A stretch of 64,000 bases of DNA. It comes from an uncultured Candidatus Babeliaceae bacterium. Lineage in GTDB: Bacteria > Babelota > Babeliae > Babelales > Babelaceae. Shown here in pieces: positions 40,214 through 49,604 of this stretch. Both the position numbers and the translations under genes were made by a program. The stretch's first letter is position 1, and every line of letters begins with the position of its first letter. The stretch covers positions 1 to 64,000 of the forward strand of contig OY969927.1 in assembly GCA_963704655.1 (NCBI GenBank). The letters run 5' to 3'. The notes beneath the pieces are model-generated. The model saw nothing but the letters and a program-made list of their open reading frames with translations, had not been told where the DNA came from and searched no databases.

Positions 40214-40500
40214 GTGTTTCTATATCCTTTTCTTGCCGAGTGTGTTGATAAGGGATCTAAGGACGTTAAAGATTATATACAAGTTATACTTTGTAATATT
40301 AGAAGAATTGAAGAAAAAAAGATAACTTGGAAGCGGCTAGGCAAGATTTTGAAAATAAAAATGTTTTGTGGCGTAGAGTTGAAGAACGTAAACTTGGAGT
40401 GGAACTCGGTCACATTAAAGATACTCAAGATCAGTTCAGAAGCGCGTTCATGAGCCCCTTTTTTGACTGCTTTGAAGCAATAAACATTTTAAAAAACTAT
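40214..40500 (+). pseudogene. Possible frameshifted gene remnant
   Basis: 79-aa ORF; after the A-run near 40314-40320 an alternative frame is open (DNLEAARQDF...). Confidence 0.25.
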
Positions 40501-40501
40501 T

Positions 40502-40578
40502 AAAAAAAGAGCTATTTTAGAATCCGCTAACCCTTCGACATGCTCAGGATGAGCGGGATTCTTATAGCTCTTTTTTTT
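40502..40578. terminator. Terminator-like hairpin with a 33-bp palindromic element (40524-40556) in its loop
   Basis: AAAAAAAGAGCTAT ... ATAGCTCTTTTTTTT enclosing CCGCTAACCCTTCGACATGCTCAGGATGAGCGG. Confidence 0.75.
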
Positions 40579-40594
40579 GCAAAATTAAAAGAAA

Positions 40595-40909
40595 TTAACC
40601 AAAAATTTCTTTGATCTTATCAACAAAATCTTCTTTAGACATAGCGCCTGTCTCTTTTGCCTTAATAGCGCCATCTTTTATGAAGATAAAAGTAGGGACG
40701 GAGCTAATGCCATATTGAATTGCAACTTCGCGTGCGTCATCAACATTAAGTTCTGCAAAGAGATACTTATCAGCATGTTCTTTTGAAAGTTCTTCAAAAA
40801 TAGGTTTCATGTACATACATGGGCCGCACCATGATGCATAGGCATCAATGATAACCGGTTTGGTAGATGCCTGAATTTGTGGCAATGTGTCTTTAGTGAT
40901 GATAAGCAT
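40595..40909 (-). CDS. trxA: Thioredoxin
   Basis: WCGPC and SVPT motifs. Confidence 0.95.
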   Translation of the reverse strand: MLIITKDTLPQIQASTKPVIIDAYASWCGPCMYMKPIFEELSKEHADKYLFAELNVDDAREVAIQYGISSVPTFIFIKDGAIKAKETGAMSKEDFVDKIKEIFG

Positions 40910-41007
40910 AAAAGATCCTTACTTATGAGATATTTTTATAAAAAATAGTATAACGCCTTAGTAAAAAAAGAAAAAGAGCTTTTTATTATTTTTAAGCTAC
41001 TTTTGCA

Positions 41008-41039
41008 CGCTAACCCTTCGACAGGCTCAGGATGAGCGG
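41008..41039. repeat. Palindromic element
   Basis: CGCTAACCCTTCGACAGGCTCAGGATGAGCGG. Confidence 0.9.
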
Positions 41040-41058
41040 CGGGGATTATTTCTTTTTT

Positions 41059-41595
41059 TTACTTTTTGCATTCCGTTTCGCGTGGTTGAATTTGGTTATA
41101 CTGACGTTCTGTTCTGCCGGTTATAGTAAGTTTTTTTATAGCATTAAAGGTAAGCTCTTTTTCTAATGGGCCGGCACCGGTGATTTCATCGCACTTAATT
41201 TTTTGTGACGCTTCAATCAGATAATGTTTTTCTGTCTTTGCCGAATCGTTTAAGGTGACAATTACTTCCGTATACTGTTTGCTTTTAAAATGGTGGTTGG
41301 TGTCACATTTTCCTTTTGGTGCAGGCTCTAGGGAATAAACCTGTTCTAGGTCAAGCGCGGTAATGTTTTCAGCTGGGTCACGTGATGCGTCAAACGGCTT
41401 TTCATACATTTTTATTGAACGAAGCTTCCCAGAGATCGAAATATTATCAACTTTATAGATCTTGCCCTTTAAGTCTGTAATTTCTCCATGATAATTAAGG
41501 TGGTGTTTTTGTGGTGCTTCATCTTTTGATGATTGTCCGAATCCAGTACATAAAAATACCATTACAGTACTGAGCAATAAGCGAAAATGTTTCAT
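41059..41595 (-). CDS. Exported hypothetical protein
   Basis: Signal peptide; AGGAG RBS. Confidence 0.8.
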   Translation of the reverse strand: MKHFRLLLSTVMVFLCTGFGQSSKDEAPQKHHLNYHGEITDLKGKIYKVDNISISGKLRSIKMYEKPFDASRDPAENITALDLEQVYSLEPAPKGKCDTNHHFKSKQYTEVIVTLNDSAKTEKHYLIEASQKIKCDEITGAGPLEKELTFNAIKKLTITGRTERQYNQIQPRETECKK

Positions 41596-41758
41596 TAATT
41601 CTCCTAAAATAGATAGAGGTGGTTAAGCAAAGCTCATTATTCTATTTACCAGAAAGCTTGATATCTACACAACAAATCTTTGTAAGTCTTGCGAGTTACT
41701 CTTGCGTGAACAGCAAGATTTTTTTTAAAGTTAATGGTGCAAAGATTTTATTTTTTAA

Positions 41759-42466
41759 ATGGGAGAACTCATGAATAGCTATAATCGGGTTTCTGATTCC
41801 GTACAGACCTTTTTTGCGAACGTTTTTGGTTGGATGAGTGCTGGTTTGGGTTTAACTGCAACTACTGCATGGTATATCTTTTACCAAAAACCTCAAATAT
41901 TAGCTTATCTTACGCAATCGCCAATTTTGCTGATGGCACTTTTTATTTTTCAGTTGGTGCTTGTTTTTTGGTTTTCTTCGTCCGTGCTTAGAATGTCATT
42001 TAGTATGGCGCTTTCTATTTTCTTACTCTATGCAATGCTTAATGGCGTTATTTTTTCAGGAATTTTTTTTACGTACACCCAAGAAAGTATCGCCTTAACA
42101 TTTGGCATAGCTGCCGCAACATTTTTTGTAATGGCTCTTTTTGGATACATTACACGTGTTGACTTAACCCCAATTGGTGTTTTTGGGCTCATGGCACTTA
42201 TTGGCCTTATTATCTCTATGCTTGTTAATTTGTATTTTCAAAGCAGCATGTTTGAGATGATTATATCTGCCATAGGGGTAATTCTTTTTTCTGCCTTTAC
42301 AGCCTATGATATGCAACAGTTGCGTTTATTTGCTACACAATTACAAAATGGTCGCGGGCAGGAAGTGATGTATCAAGTTGCACTTATGGGAGCATTAAAG
42401 CTTTATTTAGATTTTATTAATTTATTTGTAATGTTGTTATCATTTACCGGCAAGCGCCGCGATTAA
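41759..42466 (+). CDS. Bax inhibitor-1/YccA family membrane protein
   Basis: Seven TMs; AYD.Q and ALKLYLDFINLF motifs; start may be ATG 41771. Confidence 0.92.
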   Translation: MGELMNSYNRVSDSVQTFFANVFGWMSAGLGLTATTAWYIFYQKPQILAYLTQSPILLMALFIFQLVLVFWFSSSVLRMSFSMALSIFLLYAMLNGVIFSGIFFTYTQESIALTFGIAAATFFVMALFGYITRVDLTPIGVFGLMALIGLIISMLVNLYFQSSMFEMIISAIGVILFSAFTAYDMQQLRLFATQLQNGRGQEVMYQVALMGALKLYLDFINLFVMLLSFTGKRRD

Positions 42467-42479
42467 GAAAGGTTTATCT

Positions 42480-44117
42480 ATGAACTTTAAAAATTATATA
42501 AGTGCTTTTTTACTGATAGTACTTGCTTCATATTTGATTGCTCGGGAAGTTCCAAAGTCCCTTGAGGAACAAGGTGCGCAAGATTCTACTTTATTGGAAG
42601 ATAAGCAGATCCAGGTAAAATCTGAGCAAGCAAAAAAATTAGTATTAGATGGCGTTGAACAGATAAAAAAACAGGGTATTGGTCCTTCGTGCAAAGCGTT
42701 TATGGGTGACCCTACATGGCGCTATGGCGAAATGTATCTATTTGTCTTTGATGTTCAGGGTAACTGTTACTGCCATGGCTATGAAAAGGATTGTTTGTGG
42801 AAAAACTATGTTGATGATTCGGATGATTTTATAAAACGCATGGCAGAAGCAAGCAAAGTCGGCGGCTATTTAGATTATAAGTGGAACAACGGCTATTCAC
42901 GTGCTTATGTAAAAAATGTCACTGTAGGGAATAAGACATTTATTGTAGGTACAGGTTTTTATCCAACATCACCGGTATATATCGTTCAAGAGCTTATTAA
43001 CTCTGCAATAGTTTATCTTAAAAAGACATCATTTACTGAGCTTAAAGAGCGAGTTAATAACCCAACCGGTATCTTTGTGCGTGGGGATATTCACTTGGAA
43101 ATGTACTCATTCGATGGAATTTGTGTGGCAAATGGTGAGCAATTGGCATTTGTTGGCCAAAATTTACTTGATGCAATTACTGCTGATGGGAAGTATCTTG
43201 TGCGTGATATTATCGAAATTGCCAAAACTAAAGGTGAGGGTTGGTACTCATTTAGAGGACAAAGTGGTGATGAGCCTGCGCGAACCTATGTTAAAAAAAT
43301 TGTTGACCCTAAAGATAATAAACCGTATGTTTTGACGGCTGGTTATTATACAGAAATAACAGATCAAACGGTAGTAAGTTTAGTTAAAAAGGGAGCTAAT
43401 TTTTTAAAGGCAAATGGTCGTGAGGTTGCGTTTAGAGAATTTAGCACCCAAAATGACAAGTTTGTAAAGGGTAACGTCAACATCTTTGTTTATGACATAA
43501 AAGGGAACATGGTTGCGGACAGTAAAAATCCAGCATTTGTGGGCCTTAATCTTATTAACACGCGTGATGCTGAAGGGCGCCCTGTTACCCGTCAAATATT
43601 AGATATGGCAAATAAATATGGCAAAGGTTGGGTGACTAACTCTCTCAGTAATAGTTATCAAGTTTGTTACTGTGAAAAAGTAAAAGTACCAGATGGTGAT
43701 TTTGTAATCGGTGCCGCTTATTTCCCTGTTTCAAAAGAGAACTTTGTCCGCTTTATGATCGATGATGCAGTATTATATTTAGAAAATCATTCGCTTGAAG
43801 AGTCATTGCGGAAATTTACTACTAAAAGTTCAGACTACTTGCGTGGGGATATTAATGTCTTTGTTTATACCATTGATGGTATTTGTCTTGCAGATGGCAT
43901 TAATCTTGATAAAATCTGGTCAAATGATATCGAAGCAAAAGATGAGAATGGTATTAAAGTTATTGATAAAATGATCGCTGTTGCAAAAACAGGCGGTGGT
44001 TGGTTAAAATTCAATCTTAATAATACGGTATGTAATATTTATGTTAAAACAGTAGATAAGGCTGGTAAAAAAGCGCCACAAGAACTATATATCGTTGGTT
44101 CTGGGTACTATGAATAA
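42480..44117 (+). CDS. Exported protein with four tandem Cache_2-like domains
   Basis: Four repeats of F/Y+FV+D..G..+A.G...+G.N...D..G...G.GW..Y...Y+.K...+G.GYY; no TM or output domain. Confidence 0.82.
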   Translation: MNFKNYISAFLLIVLASYLIAREVPKSLEEQGAQDSTLLEDKQIQVKSEQAKKLVLDGVEQIKKQGIGPSCKAFMGDPTWRYGEMYLFVFDVQGNCYCHGYEKDCLWKNYVDDSDDFIKRMAEASKVGGYLDYKWNNGYSRAYVKNVTVGNKTFIVGTGFYPTSPVYIVQELINSAIVYLKKTSFTELKERVNNPTGIFVRGDIHLEMYSFDGICVANGEQLAFVGQNLLDAITADGKYLVRDIIEIAKTKGEGWYSFRGQSGDEPARTYVKKIVDPKDNKPYVLTAGYYTEITDQTVVSLVKKGANFLKANGREVAFREFSTQNDKFVKGNVNIFVYDIKGNMVADSKNPAFVGLNLINTRDAEGRPVTRQILDMANKYGKGWVTNSLSNSYQVCYCEKVKVPDGDFVIGAAYFPVSKENFVRFMIDDAVLYLENHSLEESLRKFTTKSSDYLRGDINVFVYTIDGICLADGINLDKIWSNDIEAKDENGIKVIDKMIAVAKTGGGWLKFNLNNTVCNIYVKTVDKAGKKAPQELYIVGSGYYE

Positions 44118-44199
44118 AAAGGTGAGGAAGTATACGATGTAAATTTTTTATGTGCGATATATATGATATTATGTGTTTTTAATTTTTTTAAGGAAAATT

Positions 44200-44877
44200 A
44201 TGATGAATTCTAAAATTAATTTTTTATTTCTTGCATGTTGCGTAGTTAGCTTAGTGTCTGTTTCTGCTAGCGAAGAGGCTGCTGATACAAAAAGTGGCAA
44301 CAAGACTTATAAATGCTTAACAGTAAAAAACCAACTTAATGTCTGCGGCAATGCGAATATCGCTGGGTCATTAAATGTTGGTGGTGTAAATATTGCACCA
44401 TTAGTTGCACTAATTTCAGCAAACTCATTATCTTATGGCTCTGTTTATAATACGAGTGCAATCACATCACTTGCAAATGGTGGCTTTGTAACTTTTGGTA
44501 ATTCTGCGCCTTCTGCTGGCGGAGTGTTACCGCTTATGAATGGTTCTGCATCTGATGATACTGCAATTACCGTAAATAATGCTGGTGTATATGTTATTCA
44601 ATTTTCAGTACGTGGTACTGTTGGTTTAATTGATACTTCGCTGCTTTTCCAGATAACCTCTGGCAGTATAGCAAGTCCTGTGACTGTTGCCCAATTTGCA
44701 AGCAATACTTCTCACTTGAGCGATCTAGATGTTTTAGTAGTTAATGGCTCGGTAATCGTTTCATTAGCAGCAGGCACTGTTTTACGTTTACAAAACATAA
44801 GTGGTGCAGCAGTTGCAATACCAAGCATTAACGGTACGGCAACTAATGCTGAATTTTCAGTACAACGTATTGCGTAA
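44200..44877 (+). CDS. Secreted beta-rich protein, BclA C-terminal/C1q-like
   Basis: Signal peptide; ITVNNAGVY.I.F.V and L.AG..L.L.N motifs. Confidence 0.6.
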   Translation: MMNSKINFLFLACCVVSLVSVSASEEAADTKSGNKTYKCLTVKNQLNVCGNANIAGSLNVGGVNIAPLVALISANSLSYGSVYNTSAITSLANGGFVTFGNSAPSAGGVLPLMNGSASDDTAITVNNAGVYVIQFSVRGTVGLIDTSLLFQITSGSIASPVTVAQFASNTSHLSDLDVLVVNGSVIVSLAAGTVLRLQNISGAAVAIPSINGTATNAEFSVQRIA

Positions 44878-44900
44878 TACAGCGTGTAGTTTTGATTATA

Positions 44901-44927
44901 AAAAAAAGGGGGCAGAAATGCCCCCTT
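44901..44927. terminator. Terminator hairpin
   Basis: A-run plus GGGGGCAGAAATGCCCCC. Confidence 0.75.
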
Positions 44928-44945
44928 GTAAGTTAAGAACTTAGT

Positions 44946-45833
44946 ATGAAACAAAAAGTAATTATAGATACAGATCCAGGGTGTGATGATGCTTTGGCTT
45001 TAATATTAGCATGCTTAAGCGATAAGTTTGATATTAAGGCTATAACAACAGTCGCTGGAAATGCACCTATCGAATTAACAACCTGCAACGCTTGGTATAT
45101 GTTAAATTTAGTGCATGCTAACAATATCCCACTTTATTCTGGTGCTAAAAAACCTCTTAATCGTGCCTATAAAACAGACAATTTTTTTGGCAAATCTGGA
45201 CTTGGCGGAATTACTGCACCTACTCAAGCGACTTTAACCAATAATGCTTGCCAAAAAATAGTAGAGATTGTTAAAAAATATCCGCATGAAATTACTCTTA
45301 TTACGCTTGGCCCCTTAACGAATATCGCACAGGCATTTATGAACGATGAAGAAACTATGAATCTTGCAAAAGAGATTATTATGGCAGGTGGCATTATTGA
45401 GTCTGCTGGAAATATTACCGCTACTGCAGAGTTTAATTTTTATAGTGATCCAGAAGCTGTTTCTATAGTTTTAAAATCCCGCGTAAAAAAAACAATACTT
45501 CCTTTGGATTTAAGAGATAAAGTACATTTTTTTTGGCAAGACGTGCTGAGTACAAAAAACTTAATTATAGCGCCGATAATTACTAAAATGCTTGAGCCAT
45601 TTGTTGAAAAATATCCAAATCCAGCTGCCGTTTTATTTGATCCATTTGCAATTTATTATGCATTGCATTGCGATATTCCAACGTATCTATGTTTTATGGC
45701 GTTAGAACATCAAACACAGCGTATTTTATGTACGCCTATTACAGATTTAGGGGATAATGCTCATAAGGTTCAAGTTGTTAAAGATATATCGAGCAATGAT
45801 TTTAAAAAATTCCTTAAAGATACTCTTGCTTAA
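44946..45833 (+). CDS. Nucleoside hydrolase (IUNH family)
   Basis: IIDTDPGCDDA, LGPLTN and AEFNFYSDPEA motifs. Confidence 0.92.
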   Translation: MKQKVIIDTDPGCDDALALILACLSDKFDIKAITTVAGNAPIELTTCNAWYMLNLVHANNIPLYSGAKKPLNRAYKTDNFFGKSGLGGITAPTQATLTNNACQKIVEIVKKYPHEITLITLGPLTNIAQAFMNDEETMNLAKEIIMAGGIIESAGNITATAEFNFYSDPEAVSIVLKSRVKKTILPLDLRDKVHFFWQDVLSTKNLIIAPIITKMLEPFVEKYPNPAAVLFDPFAIYYALHCDIPTYLCFMALEHQTQRILCTPITDLGDNAHKVQVVKDISSNDFKKFLKDTLA

Positions 45834-45844
45834 AAATAGATAAT

Positions 45845-45871
45845 AAAAAGGGGCAGAAATGCCCCCTTTTT
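45845..45871. terminator. Bidirectional terminator (duplicate of 44901-44927)
   Basis: AAAAAGGGGCAGAAATGCCCCCTTTTT. Confidence 0.8.
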
Positions 45872-45873
45872 AT

Positions 45874-46413
45874 TTACTTGCTTACGTCGATAAGTTCAAC
45901 GTCAAAAATTAAATCAGCGTTTGGTGGAATAACAGCACCCGCGCCGCGAGCGCCATAACCAAGGTTTGCTGGAATATAAAGACGGCGTTTTTCGCCAACT
46001 TTCATTCCCATGACACCTTCATCCCAGCCGCGGATAACCGTACCAACTCCAATTTTAAATTGGAACGGCTTTTTGCGGTCGACGCTACTATCAAATTGTG
46101 TGCCATCATATTTATTAAATTCAAAAACTTCTTCCAGATTGTCATTTTTTAGCCAACCAGTGTAATGTACCGTAACTGTTGCGCCAGGTTTTGGCGTTAT
46201 GGTACTTTCTGCTGGTTTTAAAATTGTATATTCAAGACCAGATGCTGTTTTTGTTTTTTTTCCTGTTTCCATGGGTGCCTTCATAAATTTCTTTGCATTT
46301 TCTGAGGTTGACGTTACACATTCCTGTTTCCGTTTTGTGCCGCAGCACGAGGCATCTGCATGCGCAGCGTTATACGCACAGAGCATGCTTGTTAAGATAA
46401 CCATCTTTTTCAT
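45874..46413 (-). CDS. Exported FKBP-type peptidyl-prolyl isomerase
   Basis: VHYTGWL, FDSS, VIRGWDEG and IPPNADLIFDVEL; start moved to MKKMV after AAGGAG. Confidence 0.93.
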   Translation of the reverse strand: MKKMVILTSMLCAYNAAHADASCCGTKRKQECVTSTSENAKKFMKAPMETGKKTKTASGLEYTILKPAESTITPKPGATVTVHYTGWLKNDNLEEVFEFNKYDGTQFDSSVDRKKPFQFKIGVGTVIRGWDEGVMGMKVGEKRRLYIPANLGYGARGAGAVIPPNADLIFDVELIDVSK

Positions 46414-46455
46414 ATAAACTCCTTTGTTTAAAACAGTGCGCATGACGCACAACTG

Positions 46456-47046
46456 CTACCAGTTTACAATAAGCGATGCAAATTGACTACCCAGGTAGCT
46501 GCAAAAGAGTATCGTTGGTAATGCACCAACAATTGTTGATAGAATAAATGTTTTTGTATTGATATGCGTAAAGCCAGCAGCAAGATTAACGATAAAAAAG
46601 GGAATAACTGGAATTGCTCTTACGAGTATAAGATAATAAAAACCATATTTTTTAAAATTGTTATTGAATTTTTTTAATTCGTGAGAATATTTTTCTTGTA
46701 CATAATAACCAAACATTTTTTTCGAGAGCTTAAAGACACAGATGCTACTTGCAGTAAGTGCAATAAGTGTATACAAACTCCCTGTGATAGTGCCAAAAAG
46801 AAAACCACCAATTGTTATCATAACCAGCGTTATGGGTAATGCTGATATGGCTAAAATGAAAAAAATAAGCGTATACAGGGCGCCAGAAAATAGCGGGCTT
46901 CTTGTGGTATGCCAAAGTAAAAATTGTTGGTTATCTTTGATCGTTGTTAGATTTGCGTAAGCTTTTAAGTTGCCGAAGTGCCATAAACAAGCAACCAAAA
47001 TAAAAAAAAGACACAAAAAGATAAGATTACGGTACACTGGTTTCAT
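46456..47046 (-). CDS. TVP38/TMEM64 (VTT/DedA) family membrane protein
   Basis: GGFLFG and R.IP.IPFF.VN..AG motifs. Confidence 0.88.
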   Translation of the reverse strand: MKPVYRNLIFLCLFFILVACLWHFGNLKAYANLTTIKDNQQFLLWHTTRSPLFSGALYTLIFFILAISALPITLVMITIGGFLFGTITGSLYTLIALTASSICVFKLSKKMFGYYVQEKYSHELKKFNNNFKKYGFYYLILVRAIPVIPFFIVNLAAGFTHINTKTFILSTIVGALPTILFCSYLGSQFASLIVNW

Positions 47047-47090
47047 ATAGCAGGTAGTTTAAACCAATTTTTAAGAAATAGAAACAGACT

Positions 47091-47975
47091 ATGGAACGTT
47101 TACTTATATTACTCATGAATGCACTTTTTGCAGCAACTTTTCCTATTGGAAAAATAGCGCTGCAGTATGCTGGCCCGGTATTTTTAACCGCAACGCGTAT
47201 GCTTTTAGCCGGCAGTATATTATTTTTATATAGTTATTTTAAAGAGAGTAAGAAAATAAAAGTTCACCGTAAAGACTGGTGGCTCTTTGTAAAAACTTCA
47301 TTCTTTTATATATTTTTGGCCTTTGTGCCAGAATTCTGGGCATTAAACTACTTAACATCGATTAAAACTAATCTTTTGTGGTCCGCGCAACCTTTTTTGG
47401 CCGCGATATTAGGTTTTTTTATTCTTTCAGAAAAGCTGAACTATAAAAAACTGTTTGCTTTACTTATTGGCTTTTTGGGCATGTTGCCGATTATTTTTAC
47501 CGCTGATCAAGGTGAACAAGGCTTAGCCCATATTTTTGCAATTTCACTTCCCGAGTTTGCCCTTTTTGTTGCCGTCTTTTCAACGATTTATGGCTGGTTT
47601 TTAATTAAGCAGCTGCTTGATAAAGGTTACAGCTTGAGCCTTATTAACGGCATCACTATGTCACTCGGTGGGCTTTTGTGCTTGGTTACTTCATTTGGGG
47701 AGCAACTTTTTTACCATCAGGAACTATACAATAACTTCGGCGCGGTTATGGGCTATAGCTTCTTGCTGGTGCTTATCTCAAATGTGCTTGCCTATGGCAT
47801 TTATGGCTATTTATTATCTCGTTATTCGATTACGTTTCTCTCATTTTCTGGCTTTACGTGTCCGTTATTTGGCTTTCTTTTTAGTTACCTTATGGGCGAG
47901 ACTATTCCGTTTTCATATATCTATGGCTGTGCATTAATTATCGTGGGCCTGTATATATTTTATCTTGAAGAGTAA
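47091..47975 (+). CDS. DMT/EamA family transporter
   Basis: About ten TMs; P......R..LAG, P..A......L.EK and P.FG......GE patterns. Confidence 0.88.
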   Translation: MERLLILLMNALFAATFPIGKIALQYAGPVFLTATRMLLAGSILFLYSYFKESKKIKVHRKDWWLFVKTSFFYIFLAFVPEFWALNYLTSIKTNLLWSAQPFLAAILGFFILSEKLNYKKLFALLIGFLGMLPIIFTADQGEQGLAHIFAISLPEFALFVAVFSTIYGWFLIKQLLDKGYSLSLINGITMSLGGLLCLVTSFGEQLFYHQELYNNFGAVMGYSFLLVLISNVLAYGIYGYLLSRYSITFLSFSGFTCPLFGFLFSYLMGETIPFSYIYGCALIIVGLYIFYLEE

Positions 47976-48069
47976 TTCTTATTTGTAATTATTAATAATA
48001 AGTAGTTGACTATTTTGTTTAACTAAATTAGCGTTATATACTATAATTAAAGAGTTAAATGTCTTAATA

Positions 48070-48843
48070 TTGGGGGCGCTTGTGAAAAGGTTTTTATTGT
48101 TGTTTGTTTCTTTGTCTGCAGTATCATTACTGGGCGCTAAAAAGGTCACTATAGATGCTGCCGCATTGATAAACAGAGTTGTTTATAATTGTTCTGATGC
48201 GGGTGCGAATTTTTCAGATTTTGCTGTAAGAGGAGTTGTTTCAGATTTTGTAACAGCTGGTAATGTTGTAGGTTTAAAAAATACGTTAGTGCAATTAAGC
48301 CAGTGCAAAGAGGCTATCAATGCAAAATTGCAGGATTATTCTTGTTATGAACATTTTTTAAGTCGAAATTTTTCTTCAGATGATGCCATTCTTACAACGG
48401 GCGCTATTGCTTTCAGCACATTCCTTGGTGCATGTGTGTATGCATTTTTTAGAGATTTGGTGAGAGATTTTAGTGATGTTAATTTTGTGAGGGATTATCC
48501 ACAGAGTAGCGATTTGGAAAATCTATCGCATGAAAAATTGCTCTCTTTATGCAAAGCTGCTCACAAGGCTTCTGGGGATAATTATTCTGCAATGGTTGTA
48601 TCAGGCACTTTTTTTGGGGTTTCGCTATCTACTGCTTATTTTGCATACTATTTATATTCAAAGTATGGAAAAGACTGGTCAAAGCAATTTATTTTTGATG
48701 ATGAATACACTCCGTCAAAAGTATCAATGGAAAGAGATGGCGATATTTTTAAATTAGAAAAAAATTTAAAAAAAGTAGATGATCTCATTGAGCATCTTAA
48801 CTTGCAAATTGCGATTTTAGAAACGCAGCAGTCTGTACCGTAA
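48070..48843 (+). CDS. Exported hypothetical protein with two TMs
   Basis: Signal peptide (start possibly GTG 48082) and two hydrophobic segments. Confidence 0.7.
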   Translation: MGALVKRFLLLFVSLSAVSLLGAKKVTIDAAALINRVVYNCSDAGANFSDFAVRGVVSDFVTAGNVVGLKNTLVQLSQCKEAINAKLQDYSCYEHFLSRNFSSDDAILTTGAIAFSTFLGACVYAFFRDLVRDFSDVNFVRDYPQSSDLENLSHEKLLSLCKAAHKASGDNYSAMVVSGTFFGVSLSTAYFAYYLYSKYGKDWSKQFIFDDEYTPSKVSMERDGDIFKLEKNLKKVDDLIEHLNLQIAILETQQSVP

Positions 48844-48865
48844 TCAAGTAATAATTAAAATATTC

Positions 48866-48899
48866 AAAAGGGCGGCTCTATAAAAAGAGTCGCTTTTTT
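48866..48899 (+). terminator. Terminator
   Basis: GGCGGCTCT-ATAAA-AAGAGTCGC plus T-run. Confidence 0.7.
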
Positions 48900-48926
48900 G
48901 AATATTTGTTAAATATTTAAAAAAAA

Positions 48927-49526
48927 TTGAAAGTAATAATGTCGCTAGAAATATTAAAAGATAAAATTCGTTGTTTTGGCAATGGCACAGGCAAAGAGTT
49001 TTATGCAGAATATCATGATACCCAATGGGGTATGCCGGTGCATGATGATAATCTTTTGTTTGAGATGCTTATTTTAGAAGGCGCACAAGCAGGGTTGAGC
49101 TGGGAGACGATTCTAAAGCGCCGTAGCGGTTACCGTAAGGTTTTTTATGATTTTGATCCGTGCAAGGTTGCTGCCATGTCTGATAGTGAGCTTGAAACGC
49201 TGCTTTCTAACCCTGAGATTATCCGTAACCGCCTTAAGGTTTTTGGTACACGCCAGAATGCGCAGGCATTTTTAAAAGTTCAGCAAGATTTTGGTTCTTT
49301 TAATAACTACCTGTGGCATTTTGTTTTTAACAAGCCGATTATTAATAACTGGAAATCACTTAAAGATATTCCGCCTAAAACGCCAGAAAGTGATGCCCTA
49401 TCTAAAGATCTTAAAAAGCGCTACTTTACCTTTGTAGGGACAACTATAATATATGCCTTTATGCAGGCTATTGGTATGGTCGATGACCATATTGTCACCT
49501 GCTGGAAGCGTTTAGACAACCAATAG
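48927..49526 (+). CDS. tag: DNA-3-methyladenine glycosylase I
   Basis: YHD..WG.P, LEGAQAGLSW, IIRNRLK and MQAIG.VDDH...C motifs; start may be ATG 48939. Confidence 0.95.
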   Translation: MKVIMSLEILKDKIRCFGNGTGKEFYAEYHDTQWGMPVHDDNLLFEMLILEGAQAGLSWETILKRRSGYRKVFYDFDPCKVAAMSDSELETLLSNPEIIRNRLKVFGTRQNAQAFLKVQQDFGSFNNYLWHFVFNKPIINNWKSLKDIPPKTPESDALSKDLKKRYFTFVGTTIIYAFMQAIGMVDDHIVTCWKRLDNQ

Positions 49527-49552
49527 TAGCTGGTCTTATAATTTTGATATAT

Positions 49553-49591
49553 AAAAAGCGACGACTCTTTAAAAAGAGTCGTCGCTTTTTT
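49553..49591. terminator. Bidirectional terminator related to 48866-48899
   Basis: AAAAAGCGACGACTCTTT-AA-AAAGAGTCGTCGCTTTTT. Confidence 0.82.
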
Positions 49592-49604
49592 GTGGTTTTT
49601 AAAA

